A DNA stretch of 55,112 nucleotides, taken from IMG/VR virus record IMGVR_UViG_3300031841_003153. The stretch is one strand, 5' to 3'. Under the pieces are notes generated by a model that saw only the letters and a list, made by a program, of their open reading frames with translations, did not search any database and was not told the DNA's origin. Origin of the DNA: an uncultured virus (IMG/VR IMGVR_UViG_3300031841_003153) (taxonomy: Duplodnaviria; Heunggongvirae; Uroviricota; Caudoviricetes). The position numbers and the translations under genes were made by a program. Shown here piece by piece: positions 47,291 to 53,907 of the stretch. How positions within the stretch are numbered: position 1 is the first letter of the stretch; each line of letters begins with the position of its first letter.

Positions 47291-47846
47291 CGACGATCCC
47301 GAAAAACTTTTGAAATAATCTCATAAAAAGGTGGCCTACCCCTTGACAAATGGACGATATTGTGTATAATGGGGGTATGAGAACGGCAAGCAAGCCCCTC
47401 ACTGATCTTTGACAATTTGGTAGTTCAACATTCTCCACGGGGAGGCGGTAAGCTGTGCCGCCAAAGTAATGGAAGTAACAGCCTCAGAAAATTTCCCCGA
47501 TTTTTACAATTTTGGTCATGATGCCCCTTGACAAATGCCGATAATTATGGTATAATGGGGACATGACAAACGAGATCGCGGGAACTCGAAAACACCCCGC
47601 CAATGCAGTAGAACATTGTAAACAACTCTACGGGACATTGATCTTTTACAATTTGGTTGTTTTTGGAATCGCCCTGATTCGAGGCGGTGCAGGCGAAAGC
47701 CGTAAGACTAACAATATCGGACGCGAACCGGATAGCCACAAGTGAATCCGGCAGCATCAAAATCCACCAATACAGGGCTTGACCCGTAAACCTCGCCCAA
47801 GTCGCGAGTATAGCTGGCGAGCTATTCCAAGATACGCACCATACAA

Positions 47847-47950
47847 TGACTGGTAGTTGGGACAGGATGCGAGGGTTCGACTCCCTCTGGAAACATTGGC
47901 GGCATAGGCTTGATCAGCCACCTGCGAGGGTTCGACTCCCTCACCAGTCG
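47847..47950 (+). ncRNA. tRNA-like RNA with two identical T-arms
   Basis: TGACTGGT/ACCAGTCG closing stem; TGCGAGGGTTCGACTCCCTC twice. Confidence 0.55.
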
Positions 47951-47958
47951 CAATACAA

Positions 47959-48013
47959 GAGGCAAACCAGCCGGTCGGCTTATGCTTAACGGCGGGCTGG
48001 GTAGTAAGTCCTC
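47959..48013 (+). ncRNA. Structured RNA (GAGGCAAACC family), copy B
   Basis: See copy A. Confidence 0.65.
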
Positions 48014-48025
48014 ACACAATACACT

Positions 48026-48235
48026 ATGCCTATGACTTGTGTCGTAGCGGTTCCTTGCGTCAAGTGCAAGAATACCCAAGAAGTCCCAGTTGACTTTGAG
48101 GGTTTTCAGGCTTTGCAATCAGGTGAGTATATCCAAGAAGCTCTACCAGAGCTTGATGCGGATATGCGAGAGCTTTTCATCTCCGGCATTTGTCCTAAAT
48201 GCTGGGATGAGATGTTCCCATCTGACGAGGATTAG
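48026..48235 (+). CDS. Small Zn-finger-like protein
   Basis: CVKC...RELFISGICPKCWD. Confidence 0.7.
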   Translation: MPMTCVVAVPCVKCKNTQEVPVDFEGFQALQSGEYIQEALPELDADMRELFISGICPKCWDEMFPSDED

Positions 48236-48262
48236 AACCCGCTACCGTTTCCGGTTCGCCGG

Positions 48263-48303
48263 TGTGGAGTTTGATTAGCTCTGTCGGAATTACTCAATAA
48301 TCA
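48263..48303 (+). ncRNA. 3'-UTR pseudoknot element, copy B
   Basis: See copy A. Confidence 0.55.
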
Positions 48304-48317
48304 AAACAATTCAATAA

Positions 48318-48494
48318 GCCCCTATAGTTTATTTGGTTAAAACACTATCTCTAGCCAAACTGGTTTGATCGCCAGTGATTCTACAATCTAAGTGGTGGAC
48401 GCACTTACTGGGTTGCGTTGGGTTGATCTCCAACGACACGAATCAGGTTAGGTTCAAGATAGAGAAAATGGTTCGATTCCATTATGGGGAAGCA
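48318..48494 (+). ncRNA. tRNA scaffold with about 100-nt structured insert in the anticodon loop
   Basis: D-arm GTTT-ATTTGGTTA-AAAC, anticodon stem CTATC/GATAG, T-arm AATGG-TTCGATT-CCATT, CCCC/GGGG acceptor; insert 48351-48451. Confidence 0.6.
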
Positions 48495-48606
48495 CATTCT
48501 GATAACGGGGCGTCATAGCCGAGAGGCAAGACCACTCACGCCCACAACCCCCAAACGGGGGAGAGAGAAGTAGGGTTGGCACACTATTTGCAGTAGGTAA
48601 TCGACG

Positions 48607-48683
48607 TAAGTCCTTACGTGGTAAGGGTTTAGGTGCAATCGGGCAGCCCCGCGTGTCGTAAGTCCTTTGGTGACAACAACTTA
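48607..48683. repeat. 77-bp element, copy 7
   Basis: Right-arm variant AAGGGTTTA. Confidence 0.88.
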
Positions 48684-48758
48684 CAACAAATCCTAAAAAC
48701 TTTCAAAAAAAGCTATTGACACCCACTTGACTTTGACGATGTATATAGTATAATGATA

Positions 48759-48823
48759 GAGTAAGCAGGGCAGCAAGATGGAACGGCCTCACAAGTTGGA
48801 ACCCACTTGCCCTGTCTTACCTC
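48759..48823 (+). ncRNA. Promoter-proximal sRNA, conserved stem with variable core, copy A
   Basis: GAGTAAG(A)CAG...CTGTCTTACCTC shared with 50525-50600. Confidence 0.5.
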
Positions 48824-48942
48824 AACTAAACTGATCGAACATTGCTAGAACCGCCAGCAAAAAAACAAAATTAAATTAAAGATTGGGGGTTGACAATGAC
48901 GATAACTATAGTATAATTAAGACATAACACGAAGGAAAGATT

Positions 48943-49113
48943 ATGAAAGAGAAATGGAGTTTGGTACTTTTGATTGTATCTTTTACGCTTGGTTGTTTGC
49001 TTCTTGGTTGCAGACAACCAGTGAGAAACTATAAGATCGTAACCGGATCGCCTGACGTATGGGCGGCAGAACCTAAACAAAAAGTAGAATTCACAGTAGA
49101 GTGGAAACAATGA
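48943..49113 (+). CDS. Small lipoprotein (56 aa)
   Basis: MKEKWSLVLLIVSFTLGCLLLGC lipobox; AAGGA RBS; ATGA overlap with next gene. Confidence 0.6.
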   Translation: MKEKWSLVLLIVSFTLGCLLLGCRQPVRNYKIVTGSPDVWAAEPKQKVEFTVEWKQ

Positions 49114-49313
49114 AGATTAAAAAGAATCAACAGTACGGCATGGATCGGATCGAAACCGATCAAGGTACAGTGTTCTTCCGCAACAAAAACGGTTTCTTTG
49201 ATGCGGCAGGAGAACCGGCCCAACTGTCTAGCATGGCACAGTTAAGAAGATTTGAGGCAAACGAAAATGCAGCACAATGGAGAAAAGTTAAAAAAAATAC
49301 TAAAGACACTTGA
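49110..49313 (+). CDS. Small protein
   Basis: ATGA coupling; MKIKKNQQYG... Confidence 0.6.
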   Translation: MKIKKNQQYGMDRIETDQGTVFFRNKNGFFDAAGEPAQLSSMAQLRRFEANENAAQWRKVKKNTKDT

Positions 49314-49359
49314 CAAAGCCGATAACTACTGTATAATAAGAACATAACACAAAAGGAAA

Positions 49360-49590
49360 ATGACGATGAGTGAGATTGCAGACGTAAAGGTTAAGATACT
49401 GTTCTTTGAGCCATGCACCGCGACGAACTTTGAGCCAGAGTATCAGTTGCGACTCATGGATGGAGAGGAGGGGTTCGACAGTGAGATCGTCCTTGCCACT
49501 GGGAATACTGCTGGTGCAGCAGCCAGAAAGGGGAAAAGAGCATTGAAGCGACTGTTAAAAGAACTTGAAAAGGAGATGGAAGATGAGTAA
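49360..49590 (+). CDS. Small protein
   Basis: Promoter and AAGGA RBS. Confidence 0.65.
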   Translation: MTMSEIADVKVKILFFEPCTATNFEPEYQLRLMDGEEGFDSEIVLATGNTAGAAARKGKRALKRLLKELEKEMEDE

Positions 49591-49756
49591 GGAACTGAAA
49601 GCAGAAAACGAGCGACTGCGTGAGGAAAACGAGCGACTTCGTGAAATAGTCAGTGAGGTGGAGAACCTTCACTACGGGACTGATCTTTTTACCTCGTGTG
49701 CAGCCGGAGAAGCTGACCGGCTCATTGAGCTAATCGAAAGTGAGATGCCTTTTTGA
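49583..49756 (+). CDS. Small coiled-coil protein
   Basis: LKAENERLREENERLRE. Confidence 0.6.
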   Translation: MSKELKAENERLREENERLREIVSEVENLHYGTDLFTSCAAGEADRLIELIESEMPF

Positions 49757-49921
49757 TTTTGTTCAAGATACCCCTTGACAACTGCCGATAATACTGTATA
49801 ATGGAACATATGAGAATGACAAGTTGATAACGAGAGCGGGTTCGCGAAAAGCGAATAGAGAAGGCTAAAACCCGTAAGTCGTCACGATAATTTTCCAACA
49901 CAACACTTTGAAAGGTTTACT

Positions 49922-50095
49922 ATGACTGATTTAGAAAACGACCCACTTTATATACTGCTCAATATTGATCGGCACGGTTCAGACGACGAACCACACTACG
50001 AAGATGACGATTATTCGGAGGGTTTCCAAAACGGCCCCTTCGATATGCACCTTGACGATTACGTTTCCGAAGATGGGGATTATTGCAATGTATGA
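49922..50095 (+). CDS. Very acidic small protein (57 aa)
   Basis: AAGGT RBS; MTDLENDP...DDEPHYEDDDY. Confidence 0.6.
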   Translation: MTDLENDPLYILLNIDRHGSDDEPHYEDDDYSEGFQNGPFDMHLDDYVSEDGDYCNV

Positions 50096-50270
50096 TGAAG
50101 ATTATGATAGCCTTGACTATTGGATGGACTGCGACGAAGAAGATGATCGCAGGGTAGAAGCGGAGCTATTGCGTCAGGCTCAAGATTTTGACGCAGATTT
50201 TTATGGTGATCCAGAACCTACCGAAGATGATTACCAAGACCTTTTAGATGAGTTAGAATATCCCCAATGA
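50088..50270 (+). CDS. Very acidic small protein (60 aa)
   Basis: MYDEDYDSLDYWMDCDEEDD...; overlaps previous stop. Confidence 0.6.
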   Translation: MYDEDYDSLDYWMDCDEEDDRRVEAELLRQAQDFDADFYGDPEPTEDDYQDLLDELEYPQ

Positions 50271-50373
50271 GTGCTGGCGAATTTGTGTGGGGCTTCATCG
50301 GTGCTGGTGCTATTTGGTACATCATTGGTGTAGCTCTGTACGGTTTTTGGTGTGGCCTGACTGGAAAATGACG

Positions 50374-50450
50374 TAAGTCCTTTGATACCAACAACTTAGG
50401 ACGGGCGGGGCTGCGGCCCGCGACGTAAACCCTTTGATACCAACGACTTA
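50374..50450. repeat. 77-bp element, copy 8
   Basis: 25+27+25 bp; left-arm variant TAAACCCTT in second box. Confidence 0.9.
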
Positions 50451-50524
50451 CAACAATTCTAAAAAAACTTTGAGATTTCCTATTGACAACCCCTTGACTT
50501 TGACGATACATATAGTATAATGAT

Positions 50525-50600
50525 AGAGTAAGACAGCCCAATTAAAGCCTCATAAATCAAAAGGGTTCAGGCGGTATGGCTTCCCGTCCTGTCTTACCTC
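50525..50600 (+). ncRNA. Promoter-proximal sRNA, copy B
   Basis: See copy A. Confidence 0.5.
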
Positions 50601-50695
50601 AACTAAACTGATCGGACAGCATAGACACAGCCAGCGAAAAAGAAAAAAAAGATTTTACCCCTTGACATTCGCAAAACATATGGTATAATAGAAGT

Positions 50696-50881
50696 ATGAA
50701 AGACACAATGAAAGACTGGATCGTAAAGATCAACAAAGACACAAGCTGGTCAGTGACCAACAAAGTAACAAAAGAACACCGAAAGATGTGGAGTAAACGA
50801 GATGTCGAAAATTTCCTCGACTGGCAAGAGAATTGCCATGCCCAAGCTAAGGGCAGCAACGATGAAAGATCGTCGCACTAA
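50696..50881 (+). CDS. Small leaderless ORF
   Basis: ATG 6 nt after TATAAT. Confidence 0.55.
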   Translation: MKDTMKDWIVKINKDTSWSVTNKVTKEHRKMWSKRDVENFLDWQENCHAQAKGSNDERSSH

Positions 50882-50949
50882 GCGTAAACGTACACGCCAA
50901 GCACAACGTAGTGCGTGGCAGAAAGATTGTAACTAGAAAGGTTAAAAAG

Positions 50950-51099
50950 ATGATTAAGTTAATCAAAGACAAAGAGACGAAAACCAAGATTCGCTACACT
51001 GTGACCGGTGACGTATCCGGCAGCATCTATGTGGACAAGGATTCAGACCTTGCAAAAGAAACTGAAATTGTTTTGGAAATTGCTCAAGTTACCGCTTGA
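50950..51099 (+). CDS. Small protein
   Basis: AAGGT RBS before MIKLIKDK. Confidence 0.6.
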   Translation: MIKLIKDKETKTKIRYTVTGDVSGSIYVDKDSDLAKETEIVLEIAQVTA

Positions 51100-51159
51100 C
51101 ATTGACGATAAATATAGTATAATGGTAGAGTACAGTTAACAACACTTTTGGAGAGACTT

Positions 51160-51396
51160 ATGAAAGTCAAAACTATCGTAGAGTTAAAATTCGATCACGC
51201 TTACACTAGCTATCGAGCATTGACGTTCCACGATTCCGATCAGAACGAAGTCTGCATCAACATGACAGACGACCAGTATCTCGCACTAGCAGAGACACTA
51301 AACGGCAAAGCGAAGCGTATTCGCGAAGAACGTGCCGACGAAGCTGCGGAAGCAGCAAGGGTGGCAGAACTCGCAAAGGAGAATGAGGATGAGTAA
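51160..51396 (+). CDS. Small protein
   Basis: Promoter and GGAG RBS. Confidence 0.65.
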   Translation: MKVKTIVELKFDHAYTSYRALTFHDSDQNEVCINMTDDQYLALAETLNGKAKRIREERADEAAEAARVAELAKENEDE

Positions 51397-51565
51397 CGAA
51401 GCTCAAAAACCGATTGTCGCAGTCGGAACAAAACTTGCGGCTGGTACTGTTGTCGCCATCAATGGCAACTCTGTTTCGATTGACACTGCGGAAGGTGTTA
51501 AGCAATTTAGTTTTTCTCAAGTAGAGGGTTTCATCAATGATGAACGATTTGTATCTCAAGCGTAA
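51389..51565 (+). CDS. Small beta-rich protein
   Basis: AAGGAG RBS, overlapping upstream stop. Confidence 0.6.
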   Translation: MSNEAQKPIVAVGTKLAAGTVVAINGNSVSIDTAEGVKQFSFSQVEGFINDERFVSQA

Positions 51566-51740
51566 TGAACGCAAAGTCAAGTTCTTGTACCCCAAGAACG
51601 GTAACCGCAACATCCTTCGGGAAGTTGAGGGTGTGAAGGTTCGTTCCTTCACCGGTCCAAATGGTCGCGGTATTACCGTGGCTGAAAAGAACGGCTTACA
51701 CAAGTCGTTTTCAATCGCTAAGTGCGTAGCTTCACTTTAA
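51537..51740 (+). CDS. Small basic protein, possible WYL/SH3-like
   Basis: VKFLYPKNG...REVEG...HKSFSIAK. Confidence 0.6.
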   Translation: MMNDLYLKRNERKVKFLYPKNGNRNILREVEGVKVRSFTGPNGRGITVAEKNGLHKSFSIAKCVASL

Positions 51741-51856
51741 ACTAAGCTAACCTTTCGTGTTGTTGCGAAGATGCGGGACGGGAAACGTAAGCGTTTTGGG
51801 AGTCATGACCCATGTAAGTCGTGTGCTGCACAAGTCCCGCTTCTTTGTTTTTATAT

Positions 51857-51992
51857 CTAGGGGTGCTTGCATGATTCCTATGGCAATGTGGAAACCCTAC
51901 TAAGGGGGCTGAATAAGCCATAACACAATAAGGTGCAAGAGCCGGTCCGCCGGTAGCGTGGTTAATCGTGGGTTCGACTCCCACACTCCTAG
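51857..51992 (+). ncRNA. tRNA-like RNA (8-bp acceptor-like stem plus T-arm) with large internal domain
   Basis: CTAGGGGT/ACTCCTAG stacked on GTGGG-TTCGACT-CCCAC; inner stems CTTGCA/TGCAAG and TATGGC/GCCATA. Confidence 0.55.
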
Positions 51993-52004
51993 CTTTTATC
52001 GACG

Positions 52005-52081
52005 TAAACCCTTGGTATCAAACGACTTAGGGCGGGCCGGGCAGCGGCGGGCGACGTAAGTCCTTTAGTGACAACGACTTA
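52005..52081. repeat. 77-bp element, copy 9
   Basis: 25+27+25 bp. Confidence 0.9.
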
Positions 52082-52198
52082 CGACGATTAAAAAAACTTC
52101 TTAAATTTCTTGGTTTTTCTATAGACCACCCCTTGACAATGCCGATAATTACTGTATAATGAAAGGGTAATCAGTTAACAACTTTGAAAGGTAAAAAG

Positions 52199-52366
52199 AT
52201 GGAAGATTTTGATTTCTGCGTAATTTGTGACTGCTTCATTTCACACGTTCCCGATCCCGACGCCCTCACGCATATTTGCGACGATTGTTCCGATGATGGT
52301 TGGGCAGAATTTGACGGACAGCCCGACGAGATGCAAGAATGGCATGATTTTGATCCAGATTGTTAG
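52199..52366 (+). CDS. Acidic Zn-ribbon-like small protein
   Basis: CVICD...ICDDC; ends DGQPDEMQEWHDFDPDC. Confidence 0.65.
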   Translation: MEDFDFCVICDCFISHVPDPDALTHICDDCSDDGWAEFDGQPDEMQEWHDFDPDC

Positions 52367-52447
52367 AAAAAAAGTCAAGTTTACCCCTTGACAATGACGA
52401 TCTATATAGTATAATAATAGAGTAATCAACCACAAAAGAGAGAAAAA

Positions 52448-53176
52448 ATGCACGTTACACTCAACATGGCATCCGGCAATCGCAAAGTCGGTGCAATCCC
52501 AGTATCAACCACAGAAGCAGAATCCTGTCCTTCATCATGTCCTCTCAAGTCGCCTCACGGTGCAGGTATCGCCAAAGACGGTGATTGCTACGCAGCGTTC
52601 GGCCCGTTGGGTATGCACTGGCGTAAGATCGGTAAAGACGGTCGCGGTATCATGTGGTCGCTATTTTGCAAGGCAATCAAAAAACTTCCCAAGGGTCAAC
52701 TATGGCGACACAATCAAGCCGGTGATTTGCCCAAGTCTCACACCGATTCCGCTGATCGTGACATTGTTGACGCTGAAAAGTGTTTCGAGTTGTCCAATGC
52801 AAGCCGTGGCAAACGTGGTTGGACGTATACGCATTATGATATGTCCAGCCCGTTAAATCGTGCCGTTGTTGAAGAAATGAACGACGTTGACGGTTTGACC
52901 GTTAATCTATCCGCTGATTCACTCAGTGAAGCCGATCAATATTATGATCTTGGCATAGCACCCGTGTGCGTTACGCTTCCCAAGGACGCACCGCATCGCG
53001 GTAACAAAACACCAAAGGGTTTGCCCGTTGTTGTTTGTCCTGCTCAGACTCAGGACGAAATGAGTTGCCAACAATGCAAATTGTGCCAAGTTCGTGACCG
53101 TAAGTCTATCGTTGGGTTTCTTGCCCACGGAACGGCAAGTAAAAGACTCAGCCAAAAATTGGAGGGGTTTGTATAA
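52448..53176 (+). CDS. Cys-rich phage protein (possible Fe-S/metal enzyme)
   Basis: CPSSCP...CYA, WRHNQAGD, WTYTH, CPAQ...CQQCKLC...FLAHG. Confidence 0.65.
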   Translation: MHVTLNMASGNRKVGAIPVSTTEAESCPSSCPLKSPHGAGIAKDGDCYAAFGPLGMHWRKIGKDGRGIMWSLFCKAIKKLPKGQLWRHNQAGDLPKSHTDSADRDIVDAEKCFELSNASRGKRGWTYTHYDMSSPLNRAVVEEMNDVDGLTVNLSADSLSEADQYYDLGIAPVCVTLPKDAPHRGNKTPKGLPVVVCPAQTQDEMSCQQCKLCQVRDRKSIVGFLAHGTASKRLSQKLEGFV

Positions 53177-53241
53177 TGGAGTGGGTTCTAGTGCTGCTCG
53201 TTTGTATATTGTTATGTTTGTTTTTAGTCGAAAGGTAAGCT

Positions 53242-53508
53242 ATGAAAAGTTTAGTATTGTTTAGTTATCGTCAACCCGTCGAAGGTTACAAGTTTCGTTG
53301 GGGAGTTTTAGAATCTCGTCGGGATACCGACAAGCACCCCGTATGGAACGACACCTACCGTTCCGATGATCCAGAGTTTAAGCGTTCGCGTGACCTTGAC
53401 ACGGTTCTAACCCGTGACGGTGTGCGGGCGTTCTACCGTCAACGGCAACACTGGAAGCTGAAAATCCCGCTACTGGGTTCGCTTGTCAAGCCTATTTTGG
53501 CAAAATAG
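53242..53508 (+). CDS. Small protein
   Basis: AAGGT RBS, 88 aa. Confidence 0.65.
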   Translation: MKSLVLFSYRQPVEGYKFRWGVLESRRDTDKHPVWNDTYRSDDPEFKRSRDLDTVLTRDGVRAFYRQRQHWKLKIPLLGSLVKPILAK

Positions 53509-53540
53509 CTTAAAATAGCTAAAATTTTTATTCGTCGCCG

Positions 53541-53617
53541 TAAGTCCTTTACTGGTAAGGGTTTACGTGCGGCGGGGCAGCACCGCTGAACGTAAGTCCT
53601 TATCTCACAACAACTTA
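53541..53617. repeat. 77-bp element, copy 10
   Basis: 25+27+25 bp. Confidence 0.88.
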
Positions 53618-53694
53618 CGTCAATCTAAAAAAATATCCTAAAAAGATTCATGATACCCCCTTGACAATGACGATATATACTGTATAATAGGAGT

Positions 53695-53907
53695 ATGAAC
53701 ATGAAAGAACAACGAGCTATTGCAGACAAATTCACAGCAGATACAGGTATCTACACAAGCTATTGTGAGTCTTGTGAGATGTGGATCGTTCACTGCCCGG
53801 AGTGTAACCATAACTGGTGCGGTGGTGGTTGCGGTTGTGGGTATAATATCTTACTCAATAACAAACAGGCACAACTAGACGAAATGTTGGAGGCTATCAG
53901 TGAATAG
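53695..53907 (+). CDS. Small Cys-rich protein, leaderless
   Basis: ATG 6 nt after TATAAT; CESC...CPEC...CGGGCGC. Confidence 0.65.
   Translation: MNMKEQRAIADKFTADTGIYTSYCESCEMWIVHCPECNHNWCGGGCGCGYNILLNNKQAQLDEMLEAISE

Noticed and set aside
48351..48451. Group I intron in tRNA
   Set aside because: About 100 nt is too short and no recognisable catalytic core was seen
43257..51992. Canonical tRNA genes
   Set aside because: Five T-arms found, but none gives a standard cloverleaf with a 7-nt anticodon loop
41686..53617. 77-bp repeats as a CRISPR array or mini-arrays
   Set aside because: Only two boxes per locus with variable 7-bp centres; the 27-bp spacers resemble each other and have a fixed central GCNGC; loci are kilobases apart; no cas genes seen
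41686..53617. Integron attC sites
   Set aside because: No RYYYAAC/GTTRRRY ends; cassettes carry their own promoters and several genes; no integrase in the window
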